The notes under the pieces were generated by a model. The model was not told where the DNA came from and did no database searches. It saw only the letters and a list, made by a program, of their open reading frames with translations. Positions 6,526 to 14,335 of a DNA stretch of 20,000 bases are shown piece by piece. How positions within the stretch are numbered: the first letter of the stretch is position 1; each line of letters begins with the position of its first letter. The DNA lies in the IMG/VR virus record IMGVR_UViG_2860903427_000006, positions 45,501 to 65,500 of that record; one strand, given 5' to 3'. The position numbers were made by a program, and so were the translations under genes. The DNA comes from an uncultured virus (IMG/VR IMGVR_UViG_2860903427_000006) (taxonomy: Duplodnaviria > Heunggongvirae > Uroviricota > Caudoviricetes).

Positions 6526-7080
6526 ATGACCAGTATCGACTGGAGCATCGCGCCTCATTGGGCGCAGGCAGTGGTCACTACCGAGCACGGCAACGATATG
6601 TACTGGGTTGAGGGATGGGGCTGCCGGATCAGCAAACGCCAGCGCGTGGGCAACCTGCGGCCAGACTTCAACACCTGCGACATGACCAAACTGGACCACG
6701 CATGGCGACTGGTGGAACGTCGTCCTGTGGCTGATGAGGCAAAGGAGCCTGTCATACAGTGGAACGGCCAAGACGGCCTGCCGCCGGTCGGCGTGGAATG
6801 CGAATACAGGCACATGATCTGGCCGGAGTATCGGCGCTGTGAAATTCGGTACATCAGCGACGAGTCGTTAGTTGCGTACGACAACGGCCAAGAACAGTAC
6901 TACCGCACGCGCGACATGCTGTTCCGCCCGCTCCCCACCCCCGAGCAGATCGCCGCCCAGGCTGTCGATGCCATGCTCAGCGACTACCAGTACAAGGTTG
7001 GCTCCTGTACGTTCATGCTCACGCGCGAACAGGCTGAACGGTTGTACGCCATCGGCTACCGCAAGCACCCCTCCTCCTAA
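6526..7080 (+). CDS. Hypothetical phage protein (184 aa)
   Basis: AAGGA RBS; IDWSIAPHWA and WNGQDGLPPVGVECE motifs typical of Pseudomonas phage proteins. Confidence 0.85.
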   Translation: MTSIDWSIAPHWAQAVVTTEHGNDMYWVEGWGCRISKRQRVGNLRPDFNTCDMTKLDHAWRLVERRPVADEAKEPVIQWNGQDGLPPVGVECEYRHMIWPEYRRCEIRYISDESLVAYDNGQEQYYRTRDMLFRPLPTPEQIAAQAVDAMLSDYQYKVGSCTFMLTREQAERLYAIGYRKHPSS

Positions 7081-7188
7081 TCCCCCCGACCCCTCCGAAC
7101 CGCCTGCGCCGGCGCCCGCCGCCGGTGCGGCATCCGGGTGCGCGTTCATCGAGCGCGCAGCCTGATGCCCAACCACTGAGGACAGACC

Positions 7189-7794
7189 ATGCTCACCAAC
7201 ATTTTCGACTTCGAAACGACGGGTATTCCCGAGTGGAAGTTGCCCAGTGAAGACCCGTGCCAGCCCCACATCGTGGAAGTTGCCGCTCTGCTCTGCGATG
7301 CCGCCGGCAACACCATCGATCGCTTTGAGGCGATCGTGCGACCCAACGGCTGGGAAATCACCCCCGAAATGACAGCGATCCACGGCATCAGCCACGAACA
7401 GGCGATGGATGTTGGCATCAGCGAGGCCGAGGCTCTGGAGGGCTTTCTTGCGATCAACGGCCGCGCAGCCCGCCGCGCGGCGCACAACATCAGCTTCGAC
7501 GACCGTATCACTCGCATCGCGCTAATGCGCTACCAGGACGAGGATGCGGCCAACGCCTTCAAGGAATCGGGTGAGAAGTTCTGCACCTGCTATCGCTCCC
7601 GCGCACAGGTCGCGCTTCCCCGCAACAAGCTGCCGACCTTGGCCGAGGCATACAAGCACTTCACCGGGGAGGACCTGGTGGAGGCTCACCGCGCGATGCC
7701 GGACGCCCAAGCCTGCGCCCGCATCTACTTCGCTTTGCAGGGAGTCGATGTGGCGCCGGCCAGTTCGGTGCCGCCGGCTGAGGCGGAGGCCTGA
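7189..7794 (+). CDS. 3'-5' exonuclease, DEDDh/DnaQ-like
   Basis: ExoI DFETTG, ExoII AHNISFD, ExoIII HRAMPD. Confidence 0.92.
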   Translation: MLTNIFDFETTGIPEWKLPSEDPCQPHIVEVAALLCDAAGNTIDRFEAIVRPNGWEITPEMTAIHGISHEQAMDVGISEAEALEGFLAINGRAARRAAHNISFDDRITRIALMRYQDEDAANAFKESGEKFCTCYRSRAQVALPRNKLPTLAEAYKHFTGEDLVEAHRAMPDAQACARIYFALQGVDVAPASSVPPAEAEA

Positions 7795-7797
7795 GCC

Positions 7798-8313
7798 ATG
7801 GCACGCGGAGTGAACAAGGTAATCCTGGTCGGCCATCTGGGCCAGGATCCAGACGCAAGATCTACCCCGGGCGGAAAGGCGGTCACCTCCCTCAGTCTGG
7901 CCACTAGCGAAAGCTGGAAAGACAAGCAGACCGGCCAGCAGCAGGAGCGCACCGAGTGGCACCGGGTCGTGCTCTTTGGCCGGCTGGCCGAAATCGCAGC
8001 GCAATACCTGCGAAAGGGCTCCCAGGTCTACATCGAAGGCAGCCTACGCACCCGCAAGTGGCAGGGCCAGGACGGCCAGGACCACTACAGCACCGAGGTA
8101 GTGGTCGACATCAACGGCAACATGCAACTGCTCGGCGGCAAGCCTGAGCAGGCAGGCCAGGCGCGTGGCCCTGGCCCTGGCCCTGGCCCTGGCCGCGAGC
8201 CGCCACCGCGGCCGACCACTCACCACCAGCCGCAACCGGCGACCGACTACGACAGCTACGACGACGACATCCCCTTCGACAACCCCTACCGCAGGCTCTG
8301 GCGCATCGTCTGA
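7798..8313 (+). CDS. ssb: Single-stranded DNA-binding protein
   Basis: [18 protein letters not shown]...TEWHRVV...[19 protein letters not shown]...DDDIPF. Confidence 0.97.
   Translation: MARGVNKVILVGHLGQDPDARSTPGGKAVTSLSLATSESWKDKQTGQQQERTEWHRVVLFGRLAEIAAQYLRKGSQVYIEGSLRTRKWQGQDGQDHYSTEVVVDINGNMQLLGGKPEQAGQARGPGPGPGPGREPPPRPTTHHQPQPATDYDSYDDDIPFDNPYRRLWRIV
8167..8194 (+). repeat. In-frame hexamer tandem repeat (GGCCCT)x4 plus GGCC in the ssb linker
   Basis: Seen directly; encodes GPGPGPGPG. Confidence 0.9.
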
Positions 8314-8339
8314 GCGCCGGGCCGCCCGGAGACAGCACC

Positions 8340-9566
8340 ATGTGGTTCCGCAACCTACTGATCTACCGCCTCACCCAACCCATCGACACAACGGCCAGCG
8401 CTCTGGAAAGTGCCCTGGCGAGCAAACCAGCGCGCCCCTGCGCCTCCCAGGAGTTGACCACCTACGGCTTCGCGCCGCCGGTCGGCAAGGGTGACGCACC
8501 GCTGGTACGCGAGGCGAACGGATTCTGGCTGATCTGCTGCCGCAAGGAGGAGAAGATCCTGCCTGGCAGCGTGGTCAACGAAGCACTGAAGGAGAAGGTC
8601 GAAGAGATCGAGGAAACCCAGCAGCGCAAGGTCTACAAGAAAGAGCGCGACCAGTTGAAGGACGAGATCGTCCAGACCCTCCTACCGCGCGCGTTCACCC
8701 GCCGTAAGCGCACCTACGCCGCCATCATGCCTGCGGAAGGCCTGGTGATCGTGGACACCGCCACAGCGAAGGCCGCCGAGGATATGCTGTCGACCTTGCG
8801 CGAGGCCCTGGGCTCCCTCCCCATCCGACCGATCGCAACCAAGGTTTCGCCGACCGCAACCATGACCGAGTGGCTGCGCAGCCAGGAAACCAATGCGGGT
8901 GGCGACTTCTGGCTGTGCGACGGCGCCCTGCTCCGCGACACCGACGAGCAAGGCAGCATCACCGCCAAGCACCAGGACCTGACCAGCGACGTGATCCGCC
9001 AACATCTGGACTCAGGTAAGAGCGTCACCAAGCTCGCCCTCGCCTGGAAGAAAGACCTCTCCTTCGTACTTGACGAGGGCCTGGTGATCCGCAGCCTCCG
9101 TTTCGACGACCTGCTGCAGGAGCGGGCACTGGACGACGCTGGTAAGGATTCCGACGAGTTCGCACAGGCCGACGCCAGCTTCGTCCTGATGATGCTCACC
9201 TTCCGCGAGTTCATACCACAACTGCTGGAGGCCTTGGGCGGCGAAGAGTCCCCGCAGGGAATCGACGGTGTGCACAATGAGCCCGAACCAGCGCCTGGCG
9301 CCGGCATCGATGTAACCAAGGCGCTGGGGATGCACGACGGTATCACCGCGACCCTCCATATTCCCCGGGCCAACGGGCCCGGTGACGACCCGCTGCTGAA
9401 GGAGGCCATTCGCTTCGTCCGCGAGACGCGCCGCGCTTCGATCTCCGCCATCCAGCGCAAACTCAAGATCGGTTACAACCGCGCGGCCCGTTTGGTCGAG
9501 GAAATGGAATTGCTGAATATCGTCGGGCCGATGAAGGGAGACGGATCTCGCGAGGTTCTGTCGTGA
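8340..9566 (+). CDS. rdgC: RdgC recombination-associated protein fused to a C-terminal FtsK gamma winged-helix domain
   Basis: [11 protein letters not shown]...[10 protein letters not shown]...LLPRAF (RdgC); [38 protein letters not shown]...GSREVL (FtsK gamma). Confidence 0.93.
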   Translation: MWFRNLLIYRLTQPIDTTASALESALASKPARPCASQELTTYGFAPPVGKGDAPLVREANGFWLICCRKEEKILPGSVVNEALKEKVEEIEETQQRKVYKKERDQLKDEIVQTLLPRAFTRRKRTYAAIMPAEGLVIVDTATAKAAEDMLSTLREALGSLPIRPIATKVSPTATMTEWLRSQETNAGGDFWLCDGALLRDTDEQGSITAKHQDLTSDVIRQHLDSGKSVTKLALAWKKDLSFVLDEGLVIRSLRFDDLLQERALDDAGKDSDEFAQADASFVLMMLTFREFIPQLLEALGGEESPQGIDGVHNEPEPAPGAGIDVTKALGMHDGITATLHIPRANGPGDDPLLKEAIRFVRETRRASISAIQRKLKIGYNRAARLVEEMELLNIVGPMKGDGSREVLS

Positions 9567-9772
9567 AGTCGGCCCCCTCGACGATGCAGAACGAAACGCT
9601 CGGGCACATCCGAGCGTTCTGGGCGGAGAAAGGCTACGCGCCCACCGTCGCTGAGCTGGCAGCCAAGGCCGGAGTCCGCCAGTTCGCCATCCAGCAGCGC
9701 CTGACCGCCCTCGAGAACAAAGGCCACATCCAGCGCGACCCGAAAGTGGCGCGCAGTATCCGCCCGCTCTAA
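9563..9772 (+). CDS. Stand-alone LexA-like DNA-binding (wHTH) protein, no peptidase domain
   Basis: 69 aa, Q..TL..I......[10 protein letters not shown]...G......[11 protein letters not shown]....ARSIR matches the LexA N-terminal domain; GTGA overlap with rdgC. Confidence 0.8.
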   Translation: MKSAPSTMQNETLGHIRAFWAEKGYAPTVAELAAKAGVRQFAIQQRLTALENKGHIQRDPKVARSIRPL

Positions 9773-9784
9773 CGCCACCCGCCG

Positions 9785-9812
9785 AGCGCCCCACCCGGGG
9801 CGCTTTCTCTTT
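9785..9812 (+). terminator. Rho-independent terminator
   Basis: AGCGCCCC-ACCC-GGGGCGCT followed by TTCTCTTT. Confidence 0.7.
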
Positions 9813-9884
9813 CAGCAAGCACGCACCGGACGCCGCCCAAGTCAGGCAGGGCGGCGTCCAGTGCCTGTTCACCGAGTACTGACG

Positions 9885-11165
9885 ATGCCTGATCACCTTC
9901 CCTACACCCTGCACCTGGGCGACTGCCTGCTGGTGCTCAAAACATTTCCCGACAACAGCTTCGACAGCGTTGTCACCGACCCTCCCTATGGACTGACGAC
10001 GAACAAGAAAGGCGGAACTGGGGTCGCCTCGGTCAATCTCGACAGCCCCTACGGCCGCTCGCGCATCGGAACCGGAAACGGCGCTGGCGGCTTCATGGGC
10101 ATGAAATGGGATAGCGACGTGCCTCCGGTCGAGGTCTGGACCGAATGCCTTCGCGTGCTGAAGCCAGGCGGTTATTTGCTGGCATTCGCCGGAACCCGCA
10201 CGCAACATCGGATGGCTTTGCGCATCGAGGACGCTGGCTTCGAGATCCGCGACATGATCGCGTGGGTATACGGGTCAGGCTTCCCGAAGTCGAAGAACCT
10301 CGACGGCGACCGGCAAGGCTGGGGAACCGCCCTCAAGCCCGCACTGGAGCCGATCACAGTGGCGCGCAAGCCGCTGGTGGGCACGATCGCGGCGAACGTC
10401 CTGGCGCACGGTACCGGGGCGCTCAACATCGACGGGTGCCGCATCCCGTCCGAACCCATGCCACCGAACACCGGCGCTGGCGGTTTGCCGCGGCGTCGCG
10501 AGGACGAGCAGCGCGGCCCTGGCGCGGTTTCCCAGCCGCACGCCGCCGGCCGCTGGCCCGCGAATCTGATCCACGACGGAAGCGAAGAAGTGGTCGTGCT
10601 GTTCCCGGCCGATGCCGGTGCGGCAGCCCCAGTGCATCGCCGCAACGGCGATAAGTTCCGCAACAGTTACGGCGCATTCCGTGGCGACATCGACGAGGGC
10701 GGCAGCACGTTCCAGGGCGACGCTGGCAGCGCGGCCCGCTTCTTCTACTGCGCCAAGGCCAGCCGGCGCGACCGCAATGAAGGCTGCGAGCACATGGAAC
10801 GTCAGCCGCCGCACTGGTCCAGCGGGAGCCAGAACCCTGGCAGTTTCCAGGCAGATGGCACCGACAAGACCAGCCAGAACAACCACCCCACGGTGAAGCC
10901 GACGGACCTGATGGCCTATCTCGTGCGCCTGGTCACCCCTCCAGGCGGCAAGGTGCTCGACCCATTCACGGGTAGCGGCAGCACCGGCAAGGCAGCGGTA
11001 CGCGAAGGGTTCGAGTTCGTCGGCATCGAGCGCGAGCCGCCCTACTTGGCCATAGCTGAGGCGCGCATCGCACACGAACTTGAGCGCGTCACCGCCGCTG
11101 CAGAGGACGCCGCGAAAGGCTCGGCGCAGCTCGACATCTTCCACGACACCAAGGAGCCCGCATGA
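9885..11165 (+). CDS. Orphan amino (N6-A/N4-C) DNA methyltransferase, beta-class motif order
   Basis: DPPY precedes HPTVKP and DPFTGSGSTG; ATG at 9885 preferred over the GTG at 9861. Confidence 0.9.
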   Translation: MPDHLPYTLHLGDCLLVLKTFPDNSFDSVVTDPPYGLTTNKKGGTGVASVNLDSPYGRSRIGTGNGAGGFMGMKWDSDVPPVEVWTECLRVLKPGGYLLAFAGTRTQHRMALRIEDAGFEIRDMIAWVYGSGFPKSKNLDGDRQGWGTALKPALEPITVARKPLVGTIAANVLAHGTGALNIDGCRIPSEPMPPNTGAGGLPRRREDEQRGPGAVSQPHAAGRWPANLIHDGSEEVVVLFPADAGAAAPVHRRNGDKFRNSYGAFRGDIDEGGSTFQGDAGSAARFFYCAKASRRDRNEGCEHMERQPPHWSSGSQNPGSFQADGTDKTSQNNHPTVKPTDLMAYLVRLVTPPGGKVLDPFTGSGSTGKAAVREGFEFVGIEREPPYLAIAEARIAHELERVTAAAEDAAKGSAQLDIFHDTKEPA

Positions 11166-13159
11166 CTTCCCTCAAGAAGCCCTCCCCGCTCGACTTCAAA
11201 ACCCAGTACGGCCTGGCCCTGGACGACACCGACGACGCGATCATCGTCGACCTGTTCGCCGGCGGCGGCGGTGCCAGCACCGGTCTGGAAATGGGCCTGG
11301 GCCGCAAGGTCGACCTGGCCATCAACCACAACCCGGCCGCAATCAGCATGCACGAGGCCAACCACCCGCACGCCGAGCATCTGCCGACCGATGTCTGGGG
11401 CATCGACCCCATCGAGGCCACCAAGGGCGCCACCGTGGGCTGGCTGCATGCATCGCCGGACTGCCGGCACCACAGCCAGGCCGCCGGCGGCCAGCCGCGC
11501 AAGAAAGAGATCCGCGACCTGTCCTGGGTTGTTGTGAAGTGGGCCGGCAAGCTCCAGAAGCTCGGCCGCGGCCCTTGGGTCATCAGCCTCGAGAACGTGA
11601 AGCAGATCCTGCAGTGGGGCCCGCTGATCGCCAAACGTGACAAGTCGACCGGCCGCGTCGTGCGCCTCGACGGCACTGTAGCCGGTCCCGGCGAACGGGT
11701 GCCGCGGCACGAGCAGTTCCTGGTGCCCGATCCGAAACGCAAGGGCCGCACCTGGCGTCAGTTCCTGCGCGCCCTGGAAGGCTTCGGCTACCACGTCGAC
11801 TATTGGGTCGAGCGCAACTGCGACTACGGCGACCCGACCACTCGCCAGCGCCTGTACCTGGTGGCCACCGACGGCGGTTTCGAGCCAGTGGCGGCGGAGA
11901 AGACCCATGCCGCGAAGCCCAGCAAGGGGCTGAAGCCGTACCGCACGGCAGCAGAGTGCATCGATTGGAGCGACCTCGGCCAGTCGATCCGCAACCGGAA
12001 GAAGCCGCTGGCGGAGGCCACCATGCGCCGCATCGCGAAGGGTATCGAGAAAGAAGTGCTCCAGCGCGCCAAGCCCTTCATCGTGCCGATCGCGAACTGG
12101 TCGCGCGAGGCCGTGCATCCGGTGGACCAGCCGCTGAACACCATCACTGCCTGGCCGAAGGGCGGCGCTTTCTCCGTTGCCACCCCGACGCTGATCCAAG
12201 TCGGCTACGGCGAGCGCGACGGACAGGCACCGCGCGTCCTTGAACTGGATGAACCGCTCGGCACCGTGGTCGCCGGCGGCATCAAGCACGCTGTCGCTGC
12301 GGCGCATCTGGTGAAGTTCCGCTTCGACGCCGCCGGCGTACCTGTCGACGAGCCGATGCCGACGATCACCAGCGGCGGCGAGTGCAAGCGCCCGGCCGGC
12401 GCAGCGCACGCGCTCGGCTTGGCCAGCGCTGTCCTGGTCGGCGCCGGCGGCCCGAGCTACAGCGGCAAGCCCGCGTCCGTCGACCAGCCCCTGGGCACGG
12501 TTGTCACCGAGAACCACCGCGCCATCGCCACCGCCTTCCTCGCCCAGATGAACGGCGGCTACAACACGACCTTCAGCCGGCCGGCCGACGCGCCGATGAG
12601 CACGGTCACGAACAGCGGCAGCCAGCAGCAGCTGGTCACCGCTCACTTGCTGCACCTGCGCGGCAACTGCGACGCGCGCGCCGCCGACGAGCCCCTGCAC
12701 ACGATCAGCGCGGGCGGCACGCACCACGGACTGATCACCGCTGAAATGGTCGCGGACAGCCTGACGCCGGAGCAATTGGACGGCGCGCTGTGGGTGTCGG
12801 CGTTCCTGATGCGCTACCACTCGACCGGCGGGCAGTGGGCGAAGCTGGACGATCCGCTGACCACGATCACCACCAAGGACCGCTTGGCGCTGGTCACGGT
12901 CTGGATCAGCGGTAGCCCCTACGTGATCGTCGACATCCGGCTGCGGATGCTGAAGCCGCGCGAGTTGTACCGCGCCCAGGGCTTCCCCGATAGCTACATC
13001 ATCGAGCGGGGCCATAACGGGCAGCGGTTCACTCTATCCCAGCAGGTCCACATGTGCGGCAACAGCGTGAGCCCGAACACGATGGCCGCATACGCCCGGG
13101 CGAACGACCCATGGAAGCGGCGGCTACGGCCGACGCCGCAACAGGCGGTGGCGGCGTGA
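11162..13159 (+). CDS. Orphan C5-cytosine DNA methyltransferase with a repetitive variable region
   Basis: Motifs DLFAGGGG (I), HASPDC (IV), LENV (VI), RQRLY (VIII), RELYRAQGFP (IX), GNSV (X). Confidence 0.92.
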   Translation: MTSLKKPSPLDFKTQYGLALDDTDDAIIVDLFAGGGGASTGLEMGLGRKVDLAINHNPAAISMHEANHPHAEHLPTDVWGIDPIEATKGATVGWLHASPDCRHHSQAAGGQPRKKEIRDLSWVVVKWAGKLQKLGRGPWVISLENVKQILQWGPLIAKRDKSTGRVVRLDGTVAGPGERVPRHEQFLVPDPKRKGRTWRQFLRALEGFGYHVDYWVERNCDYGDPTTRQRLYLVATDGGFEPVAAEKTHAAKPSKGLKPYRTAAECIDWSDLGQSIRNRKKPLAEATMRRIAKGIEKEVLQRAKPFIVPIANWSREAVHPVDQPLNTITAWPKGGAFSVATPTLIQVGYGERDGQAPRVLELDEPLGTVVAGGIKHAVAAAHLVKFRFDAAGVPVDEPMPTITSGGECKRPAGAAHALGLASAVLVGAGGPSYSGKPASVDQPLGTVVTENHRAIATAFLAQMNGGYNTTFSRPADAPMSTVTNSGSQQQLVTAHLLHLRGNCDARAADEPLHTISAGGTHHGLITAEMVADSLTPEQLDGALWVSAFLMRYHSTGGQWAKLDDPLTTITTKDRLALVTVWISGSPYVIVDIRLRMLKPRELYRAQGFPDSYIIERGHNGQRFTLSQQVHMCGNSVSPNTMAAYARANDPWKRRLRPTPQQAVAA

Positions 13160-13348
13160 GCAAGCTGGACATCTGCCCCCTCACCCTGGCCGAAGTCCTA
13201 CATCGACCAGCATGCCAGGCCTGTTGCGGTGGCGGCCTCCCTCAACCACAAGCAGGCCCTCCGGCTGTTCGGCCTGAAGCTACCCAAGCCGGAGCGCCAG
13301 GCCAGCGCCCAGCACCGGCTGGCACTGGCGAAGGAAGGTGAAGCATGA
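13156..13348 (+). pseudogene. Probable frameshifted or deletion-fused gene remnant
   Basis: GTGA-coupled start (MSKLDICPLTLAE) in one frame; GC3-biased coding frame shifts near 13183-13194 and ends in an ATGA overlap at 13345-13348. Confidence 0.55.
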
Positions 13349-13710
13349 AAGCGCGCATCGAGAAGAAATTGAGCAAGCGGCTGGTCGAGCTTTACCCAGC
13401 GCTCTACTGCAGCGCCTGGCGCGACGAAGAACCGTCTGAACTCGCATATGAGCAAGGCTCCCGAGTCCGGCATGTTCTTTCCGTCGGCGGCGGTGTCGAC
13501 TATTGGGGCGAAGGACAGGACGTCTACACCGTCTGGCAAGACTGGCTGATGAGTTGGGAATGGCACGGACCGTTCGAGACGTACCCGGAGGGCCATCGTC
13601 ACGAGTACCTCCCGGATACGGAAGGCTTCAAGCCGACTACTCGTAACCTGCTCCAACTGGCTAGCCGGTGCCAGTTGCTGGAAGCAGCATCAACGAGGGC
13701 GGTCCCATGA
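13345..13710 (+). CDS. Hypothetical phage protein (121 aa)
   Basis: GAAGG RBS; coupled to both neighbours. Confidence 0.8.
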   Translation: MKARIEKKLSKRLVELYPALYCSAWRDEEPSELAYEQGSRVRHVLSVGGGVDYWGEGQDVYTVWQDWLMSWEWHGPFETYPEGHRHEYLPDTEGFKPTTRNLLQLASRCQLLEAASTRAVP

Positions 13711-14213
13711 ACCAGCCTCCCGCCGACTACCAAATCAGCGCCGCCGACGCGCACGAACTGGCCGGCGCCGTGCTTCTGCCGGCGGACCTGCGCCGCCAGG
13801 TGCTGGAGAAGATGGCCGCCCAGCGCGACCCGGCCACCATGCTCGATTTGTTCGCCCAGGTGCTGGGCATGGCCAACGCCGTCGCCGAGAACTGCCGAGC
13901 GATGGTCGAGTTGATCCTCATCGAGCACGGCGAACATCCGCACACCGCGGAGCAGGCGAACCTCTCGACGATGTTCGGAGCGCTGCAGGGCGTTGTCCTG
14001 GCCGCAACGGTGAACCCTCGCGGCACGTGCGCCGGCTGCGCCTATCGACTCGGCACCCCGGCGAACACCTCGCCGGTCACCACCTCCGATGCCATCTACT
14101 GCCGGCAGGAACTCAGCCGGTTCTACTGCCACGCCGACCTGGACGACCAGGGCAACCCAGTCCGCACCTGCGTTGGCCACGCCAAAGCCATGAAGCAAGA
14201 CGCCACGAAATGA
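13707..14213 (+). CDS. Hypothetical protein with C-terminal Cys/His cluster (168 aa)
   Basis: ATGA coupling at 13707; CxxC...C...CH...C.GH pattern. Confidence 0.8.
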   Translation: MNQPPADYQISAADAHELAGAVLLPADLRRQVLEKMAAQRDPATMLDLFAQVLGMANAVAENCRAMVELILIEHGEHPHTAEQANLSTMFGALQGVVLAATVNPRGTCAGCAYRLGTPANTSPVTTSDAIYCRQELSRFYCHADLDDQGNPVRTCVGHAKAMKQDATK

Positions 14214-14335
14214 ACCGCCCCACCATCTGCCGCACCACGGGCCAACGGATAGGCCTGTGCAAATGCTTCCGCTGCCGGCCGCCGGCGCCGGAGCAACCGG
14301 AGACACCACAATGTCCTCTACCCAACACCAACTGA
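14210..14335 (+). CDS. Small Cys-rich protein (MNRPTICRTTGQRIGLCKCFRC...)
   Basis: ATGA overlap with the upstream stop; C-x9-CxCxxC. Confidence 0.55.
   Translation: MNRPTICRTTGQRIGLCKCFRCRPPAPEQPETPQCPLPNTN

Noticed and set aside
5438..6813. Long minus-strand ORFs (328 aa, 292 aa)
   Set aside because: Shadows of well-supported plus-strand genes
8714..11144. Minus-strand ORFs of 250, 398 and 289 aa
   Set aside because: They overlap rdgC and the MTase antisense and read as typical shadow translations
8815..11187. KOPS-like GGGGAGGG on the minus strand at 8815-8822 and 11180-11187
   Set aside because: Isolated occurrences inside genes, plausible by chance in GC-rich DNA; no cluster seen, and my scan was not exhaustive
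11042..13015. 657-aa minus-strand ORF
   Set aside because: Antisense shadow of the C5 methyltransferase caused by GC3 bias; no motifs or RBS
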